The notes beneath the pieces were generated by a model. It searched no databases. It was not told the origin of the DNA and was given only the letters and a program-made list of their open reading frames with translations. This document shows positions 6,563-13,840 of a stretch of DNA of 40,176 nt, in pieces (the stretch's first letter is position 1; every line of letters begins with the position of its first letter). This stretch comes from a virus (taxonomy: Duplodnaviria; Caudoviricetes). The stretch spans positions 1-40,176 of the IMG/VR virus record IMGVR_UViG_3300023104_000012; one strand, 5' to 3'. Both the position numbers and the translations under genes were made by a program.

Positions 6563-6905
6563 CCAATTCTGGGCATGTTTCCCGCGCCGCGTAGCCAAGC
6601 TCGCAGCCAAGAAGGCTTATGACAAGGCTCTAAAGCAAACCACTCACCAAGAGATAATGGCAGGCGTTGAGCGGTATGCCTTCCACACTCGCAACACCGA
6701 ACATCAGTTTATCAAACACCCTGCCTCATGGCTCAACGCGGGCTGCTGGGAGGATGAGTTGCAAGACCAGCGCACCATCATCCCAAGCCAAAACATGACC
6801 AACCTAGACCGCCTAGAGCAAGACCTAGCAGAGAGGATTAGAAATGGAACGCGAAGCCAAGGAAGCCTTGATCTTGCGTCTGTTCCGCGCCTATCCGGGC
6901 GCTGA
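6552..6905 (+). CDS. stand-alone C-terminal domain of a phage replication initiator
   Basis: FDQFWACFPRRVAKLAAKKAY...FIKHPASWLNAGCWEDE motif; own RBS; no N-terminal HTH. Confidence 0.75.
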   Translation: MSFDQFWACFPRRVAKLAAKKAYDKALKQTTHQEIMAGVERYAFHTRNTEHQFIKHPASWLNAGCWEDELQDQRTIIPSQNMTNLDRLEQDLAERIRNGTRSQGSLDLASVPRLSGR

Positions 6906-7425
6906 GAGCAAGGTTAGCCGCGCAACGGTCGATACGTATCTAGAGGCCGTGGATTATTACCCGTTCAATTTTGTCCGCATGGGTATTGAGCAGTTCATTA
7001 CCGGACAGGTTCCACGAGAGGCAAGGAACCGGGCATTCGTCCCAAGCTGCGACGAGCTATCAACCCACATTCGAGTAGTGCAGGCCAATGACGGCAAGGT
7101 GCAGCGGCTCCTAGAGGCAGGACGGCAGCAGTTCATCGCTCAGGACAAGGATGCAGAGGTAGAGCAATCCCGCACCCCGGAGGCGATGGCTAGGGTAAGG
7201 AGTATGATGGAGGGGTTTGTTGAATCCGTCGATCCAAAGCAGAAAACTCCAGCGGAAATCGCTAGGGCCAAAGAGGAAGCCAAGCGCCACGACGCCTTCT
7301 ATGCCAATGAGTTTGAGGAACGCATTCCCGGCATTAAGGTAAGTTCATACCTGATCAGTAAGCTACGATACGAGACGTTTAACAGCGCCGATGATGAGCG
7401 CTATGATGCGGGAGAGGATAGATGA
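6844..7425 (+). CDS. putative helicase loader / replication protein P-like
   Basis: Position after initiator; helical N-terminal domain ending AFVPSCDEL. Confidence 0.45.
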   Translation: MEREAKEALILRLFRAYPGAESKVSRATVDTYLEAVDYYPFNFVRMGIEQFITGQVPREARNRAFVPSCDELSTHIRVVQANDGKVQRLLEAGRQQFIAQDKDAEVEQSRTPEAMARVRSMMEGFVESVDPKQKTPAEIARAKEEAKRHDAFYANEFEERIPGIKVSSYLISKLRYETFNSADDERYDAGEDR

Positions 7426-7631
7426 GCAAATTATTGCCGTGCCCATTCTGCGGTTTCGATGATGAGCTATACCCATCTTACCGTTGGCCGGGAAACATCG
7501 GCCTTCATGCCATCGACTGCCTTCGGTGCGGTATCGATTTTGTGCCGCGCGAGGGAATGGACGTAATCGCGGCGTGGAATAAACGCCCCTCCCAATCCCA
7601 ACCCACTCCATCCAAACAAGAGAAGATGTAA
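7422..7631 (+). CDS. Lar-family restriction alleviation zinc-finger protein
   Basis: LLPCPFCG...CLRCG...IAAWNKR. Confidence 0.8.
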   Translation: MSKLLPCPFCGFDDELYPSYRWPGNIGLHAIDCLRCGIDFVPREGMDVIAAWNKRPSQSQPTPSKQEKM

Positions 7632-7841
7632 ATGAGCAGCTTAAACGAAATCGGGTCGGACGAACTGGAAATTATGTGCAGGGCGCACGACGCAGAAGAT
7701 GCGGCGCAGAAGGGCGAGCCGTCGCCATGGGATTTTGTAGAGCAGGACGGAAAGGTCGATGCGGAATGGGTTAGCGAGCGAATTTGCGCGATGAAAATGG
7801 CAGTCAACGCTCTGATTAAGCATCAGGAGAACAATAAATGA
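7632..7841 (+). CDS. hypothetical protein
   Basis: 69 aa in operon. Confidence 0.6.
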   Translation: MSSLNEIGSDELEIMCRAHDAEDAAQKGEPSPWDFVEQDGKVDAEWVSERICAMKMAVNALIKHQENNK

Positions 7842-8305
7842 GCGACACAAACGTATTCGTATGCACAGGCCGTCTAGGGCGTGACCCAGAATCTCGGACA
7901 TTTCAAGACGGACACAAGGTGGTGAACCTCAATCTGGCTGTGAGTGATCAATGGAAATCGAAAGACACGGGCGAGAAGCAAGAGCGCACCCTATGGCTCA
8001 ACGTATCCATCCAAAACCAGGGCATTGCCAAGGTAGCGGAACAATACCTCAAGAAGGGTAGCCGCGTTTCCATCTCAGGAAAGCTCCAATCCCGCGAGTA
8101 CGAGAAGGACGGACAGAATCATACGGTCATTGAACTGGTCATAAGTCCCTACGGAGGGTCACTGACCATGCTTGACGGCCCAAGTGGGGATAGCCAGCCA
8201 CGACAGCAGGAACGCCAGCCAGCGAGGCATATGGCGGCAGGCCCTAGCGGCGCATTCGGTTCCGATCCACTCGATGATATCCCCTTCGCTCCGGAGTGGC
8301 GCTAA
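7838..8305 (+). CDS. ssb: single-stranded DNA-binding protein
   Basis: GRLGRDPE...W....GE..E.T.W...YLKKGSRV...GKL; acidic tail DDIPF. Confidence 0.95.
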   Translation: MSDTNVFVCTGRLGRDPESRTFQDGHKVVNLNLAVSDQWKSKDTGEKQERTLWLNVSIQNQGIAKVAEQYLKKGSRVSISGKLQSREYEKDGQNHTVIELVISPYGGSLTMLDGPSGDSQPRQQERQPARHMAAGPSGAFGSDPLDDIPFAPEWR

Positions 8306-8898
8306 TGCTCTCCACGGTAGAAACCCATGAGTATCTAGCGCGCCGAGAACGGCTAGGAGTTTTCCAAGCCAAGCCGGTAGCTATCAAAAGGCGTGAATTA
8401 AAGACCGATCAACCGGAGCCGGTTTATGTCCCGATTGCAGAATCATTGAGCGATTCTATCGATGCTGAGAAGTGGAAGGGGGTTATGAGAGAAGTTTCGA
8501 ACAAGCACGGCATACCCCTCGAAACCATAAAATCAAAGTCGCGATCCAGAAAAACAACAATGGCGCGACATGAAATTTGTTACCGGCTAATTACGGAATT
8601 CAAAATGTCCTACCCCGCAGCGGCGCGGAAGCTAGGTTATGATAACCACACATCAGTGCTTCATGCCGTAGATAAATTTGCATCGCGTCATGGGCTTCCT
8701 CCAGTCATCCGCGCTCACATAGTAGTTCACGAAGGGAGGGACAAAGAAATGTATATCATGTGTCGGGGAGGAGCGACTTACAAAGAGGTTGGAGAGGCGT
8801 TCGGCCTATCTGTCCCGCATACGAATAACGTTTGCATCGAATATGCAAGGGCGAATGGCCTGCCTCATCCGCAAGCCAATAATGGCGGATCGTTCTAG
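8305..8898 (+). CDS. DnaA C-terminal (domain IV-like) HTH protein with second C-terminal HTH
   Basis: SKSRSRKTTMARHEICY...SYPAAARKLGYDNHTSVLHA; TYKEVGEAFGLS. Confidence 0.75.
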   Translation: MLSTVETHEYLARRERLGVFQAKPVAIKRRELKTDQPEPVYVPIAESLSDSIDAEKWKGVMREVSNKHGIPLETIKSKSRSRKTTMARHEICYRLITEFKMSYPAAARKLGYDNHTSVLHAVDKFASRHGLPPVIRAHIVVHEGRDKEMYIMCRGGATYKEVGEAFGLSVPHTNNVCIEYARANGLPHPQANNGGSF

Positions 8899-8908
8899 TA
8901 GAAAGGTG

Positions 8909-8937
8909 TTGACGGTGCGGCAGAACGCCTCTAGTGT
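8909..8937 (+). promoter_or_regulatory. sigma70-like promoter
   Basis: TTGACG-17-TAGTGT. Confidence 0.6.
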
Positions 8938-8956
8938 GTGATTGTGACGCAAGGAG

Positions 8957-9187
8957 ATGAGCGTGGATTATCCGTCATTCTACCCAAAGGCCGATAACCT
9001 TTCGGAATATATCGTGCGCGCCGAGAAGAGCCCAGACGAAATCCGATGGCTCTATATCGATGCGGTTTTGGCCCTGATGAAGGGCAACAGATCAGCGACA
9101 GCGAGGCGGCTAGGGATGCATCGGAAAACGCTCCAGCGCATCATTTCCACCCATTCCCAAGCCCAACTAAACACAACGAGAGAGTAG
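8957..9187 (+). CDS. Fis-type HTH resembling the RegA/PrrA/ActR DNA-binding domain
   Basis: SPDEIRWLYI......GNRSATARRLGMHRKTLQRII. Confidence 0.8.
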   Translation: MSVDYPSFYPKADNLSEYIVRAEKSPDEIRWLYIDAVLALMKGNRSATARRLGMHRKTLQRIISTHSQAQLNTTRE

Positions 9188-9192
9188 AGCTA

Positions 9193-9402
9193 ATGAGCGA
9201 ACTTACCGAAACAATGAAGAGCGGACTATTGAGGATGGCAAAAAAGCTGGAACGCCAAGAGGCTTCGCTTGGAGAGCCAAACAACAACACGGCTAAGGCC
9301 CTTGTGAAAAGAGGGCTTGTGCAGGGCGTTGGGAAAAGAAACGGCTGGGATTATTACATATTGACGGAGGACGGGAAGAAGACCGTTTCCAAGCTAACCT
9401 AA
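9193..9402 (+). CDS. hypothetical protein (winged-helix-like tail)
   Basis: ALVKRGLV...YYILTEDG. Confidence 0.6.
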   Translation: MSELTETMKSGLLRMAKKLERQEASLGEPNNNTAKALVKRGLVQGVGKRNGWDYYILTEDGKKTVSKLT

Positions 9403-9426
9403 AACAAAACGATCTTGGAGGGTCAG

Positions 9427-9801
9427 ATGACAGACGAAACAAAATATATGCCGGGGCCATTCACGGTAACACAACCAGAAGTGTGGCCGTTCGACATTGA
9501 GGTGATAGGCCCAGATGGTAATCTGGCATGGAGTGAGCGGCGGTATGCTCATGTGAGCAGGCAAAATAGCGTTGATGAGTGTATGCGGGCTGTTGGCTTT
9601 CCTTATGATGAACGCCCAGAAATCGAAAGCCGCCTTAAAAGACAATTGGCTGACGTTACCTTGCGCGCCGCTGCTCCTGAATTGCTTGAGGCTCTAATGG
9701 CTGTGGAGATGGCGCGTCATACCGACGCGAAGGAAGATTGGCTCAAGGCTACCGTTTTGACAGAAGCAGCGATTGTCAAAGCAACGGTCCGCTCAGAATG
9801 A
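9427..9801 (+). CDS. hypothetical phage protein
   Basis: PGPF...AAAPELLEAL motif, common in phage early proteins. Confidence 0.7.
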   Translation: MTDETKYMPGPFTVTQPEVWPFDIEVIGPDGNLAWSERRYAHVSRQNSVDECMRAVGFPYDERPEIESRLKRQLADVTLRAAAPELLEALMAVEMARHTDAKEDWLKATVLTEAAIVKATVRSE

Positions 9802-10055
9802 TCCGTACAATCCTCATCCTAAGCCTCTCCCCATTCCTAGCGGGATGTAACATCCAAGACCTAACCAACCCCGGCGCGGCATCACGAGAAGCCTACGAGC
9901 ATCGTCAGAGCCTCCTAATCCAGCCTGACACACCAACACCCAAGCCTATTGTAGTGCCGGTTCATGTCGAACCCACAAAGCCCGTATGCATAGTAACCTA
10001 TAGAATAAACCGCTGCGATGAAAACGGAAACACGGTGGATTGGTATTACCTATGA
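9798..10055 (+). CDS. small lipoprotein
   Basis: Signal peptide MIRTILILSLSPF with LAGC lipobox. Confidence 0.7.
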   Translation: MIRTILILSLSPFLAGCNIQDLTNPGAASREAYEHRQSLLIQPDTPTPKPIVVPVHVEPTKPVCIVTYRINRCDENGNTVDWYYL

Positions 10056-10396
10056 TCGAATCCAAGGACACGCATTTCGTTGCCGTCGAGAACGAAAGGT
10101 TGCGTTATGACAACTCCGATCTTTTGGCGCAAGCTGATGCTGATTCGCATGTTATACGACAGTTAGAAGACCTTGTTGCCGCCTATAAGGCAAAGCTGGA
10201 AGAGGCAGTGAAGGTGCTGGAGCCAATCGTGGCCGTAATTGAGGCGTCTGAGGTTCATGCAAGACTGAACGGAAATGATCCTGATCGCGTGCCAGACACT
10301 CACGAGGTGACGCCTTATAAGGTTGTTCCCAACGTCACGCTCGGGCATCTACGCGCCCTCAAGTCCTTCCTCGAAAATCTTAAAGGGGCAGAGTGA
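10052..10396 (+). CDS. hypothetical coiled-coil protein
   Basis: ATGA-coupled. Confidence 0.6.
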   Translation: MIESKDTHFVAVENERLRYDNSDLLAQADADSHVIRQLEDLVAAYKAKLEEAVKVLEPIVAVIEASEVHARLNGNDPDRVPDTHEVTPYKVVPNVTLGHLRALKSFLENLKGAE

Positions 10397-10998
10397 TGGC
10401 TACCGAATCCGAAATCGATCGTATTTTGACGGAGCTAGCAGACCTTGTCGAAGGCGACACGCTGGACGAGTTTCAGGCTACGGCGCTTCTGCAAGCCCAG
10501 ACAATTCTCCAATCCCTTCGCAGCCAAGCGGGGGAGAGTGAGGCAGTACTCAAGTGGGTACCCGTATATGCTGGGTCCATAGACTTGAAAGCCGAAACCG
10601 CTCTCGGTGGCTACACTATGAGCTTTGACGCCCCAACGGCAGGCGGAGCGGTTAATCTTTGGATGGCGGGTGCTGACGTTGATACCTTCCAGGTGTTCGA
10701 CACTCGAAAGGAAGCCGTGGCCGCCGCAGAGGCGGATTATCTCGCACGCTCCCTCGCCCGCCCCGCCCCCATTGAGATAACAGAGGATGCTCTAAATGAA
10801 GCCGTGACGGCAGAGTTATTGGCAGAGCATAGCGGTTGTGGACACGGGGTTCAGGTCGAGCAAGTCACCGCTAAACTAGCGCCTGGAGACGCCGTTTATG
10901 TGGTTAGGGGCAAACTTGGACAAGCACTGCTCTTGCCCAAGTCTAACAGGATCGAAACGCTTTATCGAGTGCCCGCCCTTCAAGGAGAGAAGAAGTGA
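10393..10998 (+). CDS. hypothetical protein
   Basis: 201 aa, coupled. Confidence 0.65.
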   Translation: MMATESEIDRILTELADLVEGDTLDEFQATALLQAQTILQSLRSQAGESEAVLKWVPVYAGSIDLKAETALGGYTMSFDAPTAGGAVNLWMAGADVDTFQVFDTRKEAVAAAEADYLARSLARPAPIEITEDALNEAVTAELLAEHSGCGHGVQVEQVTAKLAPGDAVYVVRGKLGQALLLPKSNRIETLYRVPALQGEKK

Positions 10999-11288
10999 GC
11001 GATGATCTGTTGGCATTGCTGAAGAAGCGAGTTGTCTGGTGGGAATCGAGCATCAGGAACAACCGAGAATATGATGTAACCGATTGCGACCTAGACGATA
11101 AACTGATTGAGAGGCTTAAGGCGGATGCAAATCTAATCCAGGAGATAGAAGGGTATTTAGAACTGATAGCCGAAATGGACGAGGTGGATGCCGCTCTAGA
11201 CCCAACGCATGCCATTAGGATTGCAGGCGCAGCAAGGCGGCTTATCCTCTCCAAAGCCAAATCCCAACAAGAAGGCGAGACAGAATGA
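10995..11288 (+). CDS. hypothetical protein
   Basis: 97 aa, coupled. Confidence 0.6.
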   Translation: MSDDLLALLKKRVVWWESSIRNNREYDVTDCDLDDKLIERLKADANLIQEIEGYLELIAEMDEVDAALDPTHAIRIAGAARRLILSKAKSQQEGETE

Positions 11289-11461
11289 GCGACATGGATA
11301 AGATGCTGTGTGAAGTGCGCGAAGAGTTGGAGCGTATGAACTCGAAAGGAAAACTAGCGGTTTGGGAAATGGCCGATGATCGCGGGTTGGAAATTGAGGA
11401 ATACGTCGAGCTGTTCAAACACGTGTTATCTAAGTTGGACATACCTCCAAAGCCCACTTGA
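11285..11461 (+). CDS. hypothetical protein
   Basis: Manual translation MSDMDKMLCEVREELER..., 58 aa, ATGA-coupled. Confidence 0.6.
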   Translation: MSDMDKMLCEVREELERMNSKGKLAVWEMADDRGLEIEEYVELFKHVLSKLDIPPKPT

Positions 11462-11491
11462 CCTAACCCAACAAACCACGCATAAAGATGA

Positions 11492-11571
11492 TGCAAGCCC
11501 CTCCTCTTGCGTTCTGCTCATCTCCTCCCCCGGAAACCCTCGGCACTGATCATGTCGGGGGTTTCTGTTTG
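11492..11571 (+). ncRNA. anti-Shine-Dalgarno (cuckoo-like) small RNA
   Basis: Promoter TTGACC-17-CATAAA (11458-11486); hairpin loop CCCCTCCT; linker GCTCATCTCCTCCCC; terminator hairpin 11533-11565. Confidence 0.6.
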
Positions 11572-11595
11572 TGTGAACTAGTTTGCAAATAGGGC

Positions 11596-11627
11596 TTGTA
11601 AACACCTGCGATATGGTGTTTACTAAT
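11596..11627 (+). promoter_or_regulatory. promoter with perfect inverted-repeat operator
   Basis: GTAAACACC-8-GGTGTTTAC (11598-11623) overlapping TTGTAA. Confidence 0.55.
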
Positions 11628-11650
11628 ACTCAGGAAACAGGAGATAGAAA

Positions 11651-11806
11651 ATGATCAAAGGACAGAAAGTTAAATTCATTCACGAAGGTTGCGGGCCTCA
11701 TAAGTTCGGAGTGGTCGTTTCTGTTGATGGTGATTGCGTTTTGGTTAACGTAGATGGCTGCGAATATGACTTGGATATTCGTTTGGATTGCGTTGAGGCC
11801 GTATAA
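11651..11806 (+). CDS. small beta-rich (SH3-like) hypothetical protein
   Basis: Manual translation MIKGQKVKFIHEGCGPHKFGVVVSVDGDCVLVNVDG...; AGGAG RBS. Confidence 0.65.
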   Translation: MIKGQKVKFIHEGCGPHKFGVVVSVDGDCVLVNVDGCEYDLDIRLDCVEAV

Positions 11807-11807
11807 A

Positions 11808-11972
11808 ATGCCAGCTAAAAGCCGAAATCCTGACACCCGAAAGGGCAATCGGCACCGACCGGGATATTCAACCGAGTACATGAGGATCTGGCGGGCACGG
11901 CAGAAAGACAAACTCCTATCCCCTCCCAAACCCTCTATCCAAACCACCACAGAAGAGAGGAACGAGGAATGA
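11808..11972 (+). CDS. small basic protein
   Basis: MPAKSRNPDTRKGNRHRPGYSTEYMRIWRAR. Confidence 0.55.
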   Translation: MPAKSRNPDTRKGNRHRPGYSTEYMRIWRARQKDKLLSPPKPSIQTTTEERNEE

Positions 11973-12259
11973 GTGGTAATAAATTCGAGACGACTGCTAC
12001 TGAGTGCAGCAAGTGGGAAGAATGGCTTCACGACGCCGTTGATGAGGCAAATGACGTTTCGGACAAGTTGGATTGGTCCACTGAACAGGTTCTCGCTTAC
12101 GCCATTCTACAAGCACGTTCGTCCGCTTACGAGGAATGCGCTAAGATAGCGGAGAAGGAACGAAGGACGGATTTGGCCTTACAACACGGGTATAAGCCGA
12201 GTTGGTATGTGGTTGCGCAAGAGATTGCCGCTGCCATCCGTTCCAAAGCCAACCAATAG
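11969..12259 (+). CDS. hypothetical phage protein
   Basis: YEECAKIAE...IAAAIR motif. Confidence 0.65.
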   Translation: MSGNKFETTATECSKWEEWLHDAVDEANDVSDKLDWSTEQVLAYAILQARSSAYEECAKIAEKERRTDLALQHGYKPSWYVVAQEIAAAIRSKANQ

Positions 12260-12271
12260 AGGAGAGCAGAG

Positions 12272-12568
12272 ATGAGCGATAAGAGGAACTGGCTTATAGC
12301 GAGCCTACCCAATTGGCCTACGACTAAGGGCATAAACGATCAGATCATTATGCATATCAGTTTCGACCAAGAGCAGTCTCCAGGAATTTCAGGTGGCACT
12401 GGAGCTAGGAAATTATTAACTCGTGATGAGGCCCATGCGGCATGCGAGAGGCTGGCTAAGAATCCCAATCACACCTTGAACAACGGTCATGTCTATGTCC
12501 CTATCGAGATAGGCCCCGTATATCGATCAAATCCAAGACTTGAATACGATTATCGTGTGGAAGAGTAG
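12272..12568 (+). CDS. hypothetical protein
   Basis: GAGGAG RBS. Confidence 0.6.
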   Translation: MSDKRNWLIASLPNWPTTKGINDQIIMHISFDQEQSPGISGGTGARKLLTRDEAHAACERLAKNPNHTLNNGHVYVPIEIGPVYRSNPRLEYDYRVEE

Positions 12569-12620
12569 CGCGCCTATCCAAAGCCCTAACCCCATCACTA
12601 CCCAAATAGAGAGATAAGAG

Positions 12621-12797
12621 ATGGAACAGACTAACGGATTAAGATTCGTGAACCGGGATGGGAAGATGATTTTGCAATCTCGGTGGGTTTTGCGCCTTTA
12701 TGGGGGAGACAAATTCGAGTGGTATGATGTGCCAGTTTTGCCTGAAACATCAGACCCATACGCTGGCCCGCACCCGCTCCCTACTTGCCCCAAATAG
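12621..12797 (+). CDS. hypothetical protein
   Basis: Manual translation MEQTNGLRFVNRDGKMILQSRW...EWYDVP, 58 aa. Confidence 0.55.
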   Translation: MEQTNGLRFVNRDGKMILQSRWVLRLYGGDKFEWYDVPVLPETSDPYAGPHPLPTCPK

Positions 12798-12804
12798 AGA
12801 GAGA

Positions 12805-13032
12805 ATGAGCATGAGCGATGTGTTATGGTGGTTTGTATCTTACAGCGAGGTTCCCAACTGGTTTATGTGCTTGGGATTCGTGCTAATGGTGGCGGCGTGT
12901 TGGGCATTTAACGACGCCTCAAAGACCCTAAAGCGGTCAAGTCGCAAGTGGAATGAAGTCGCGGCTATGTATGCCGATATTCTCGGGTATCCGCCCTCCA
13001 AACCCAAGATCAATCAGACAAAGGAGGGATGA
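12805..13032 (+). CDS. single-TM protein
   Basis: WFMCLGFVLMVAACWAF. Confidence 0.55.
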   Translation: MSMSDVLWWFVSYSEVPNWFMCLGFVLMVAACWAFNDASKTLKRSSRKWNEVAAMYADILGYPPSKPKINQTKEG

Positions 13033-13033
13033 G

Positions 13034-13279
13034 TTGAGCAAAGCTGACGATATCCTAAGCCTACTAACATCAAACCTTGCTAACAAGGGCGTATTGGTAG
13101 AAAATACCGATAAAGGCATAACCACATATATCGGCATGTCTAACCGCAAGAGAGCATCTATCGTGCATCCATTCTACAGCGAGGCCGAAGAGCCTAACAT
13201 CGATGTAGACCAGGAAGCGCAGCGCCTTATGGCCGATGTGGAAACACAGATCAGAATGGGAGGATTGAGCGATGATTGA
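13034..13279 (+). CDS. hypothetical protein
   Basis: TTG start after AGGAGG. Confidence 0.55.
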   Translation: MSKADDILSLLTSNLANKGVLVENTDKGITTYIGMSNRKRASIVHPFYSEAEEPNIDVDQEAQRLMADVETQIRMGGLSDD

Positions 13280-13448
13280 AATTTCAAGGCCTAAATGGGT
13301 TTCTGTCGAGGTGTGGGATAGGGCCGTCAGTGTCACTTCAGAACTTCATGGTAAAGTTGGTATTGGACGAAACTTTAGGGAGGACGTGGAGATGCTTGCG
13401 ATTCGTCTGGTATTTAGCGCTCCTCGGATGGGCGGGATTCAGGACTAA
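13272..13448 (+). CDS. hypothetical protein
   Basis: Manual translation MIEISRPKWVSVEVWDRA..., 58 aa; TAATG coupling to terS. Confidence 0.5.
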   Translation: MIEISRPKWVSVEVWDRAVSVTSELHGKVGIGRNFREDVEMLAIRLVFSAPRMGGIQD

Positions 13449-13840
13449 TGGCAGGCAGGCCTACAGACTACAACGAAGAGATTGCAGCGCGCATTTGCTC
13501 AGAGGTAGCAAGTGGGCGCTCTCTCCGATCTGTGGTCAAAGATGATGACATTCCTGCAATGAGTAGTGTGTTCTTGTGGATTGCCAAATACCCAATATTC
13601 TCGGAGCAATACGCGCAAGCTCAGTCAGATCGAACGGTTGCTTGGTCTGAGGATTTGGTGGAAATAGCTGACGATGCTTCCGGCGACACACAGCGCGATA
13701 AGCTTAGAGTAGACACGCGCAAGTGGCTAATGAGCAAGATGGCTCCAAAGCGATATGGCGATAAGATCGAAACCGTTCACTCTGGCGGCATTGAGGTTCA
13801 GCAGATCACGCGCCGCATTGTTGACCCTAAGGACAAATGA
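13448..13840 (+). CDS. terS: terminase small subunit (Sf6 gp1-like)
   Basis: GRPTDY....AARIC..VASG.SLR...P...V..W ... RDKLRVDTRKWLMSKMAPKRYGDK. Confidence 0.9.
   Translation: MAGRPTDYNEEIAARICSEVASGRSLRSVVKDDDIPAMSSVFLWIAKYPIFSEQYAQAQSDRTVAWSEDLVEIADDASGDTQRDKLRVDTRKWLMSKMAPKRYGDKIETVHSGGIEVQQITRRIVDPKDK

Noticed and set aside
13276-13545. 89-aa ORF overlapping terS
   Set aside because: The alternative frame 13272-13448 has an RBS and exact TAATG coupling to terS.
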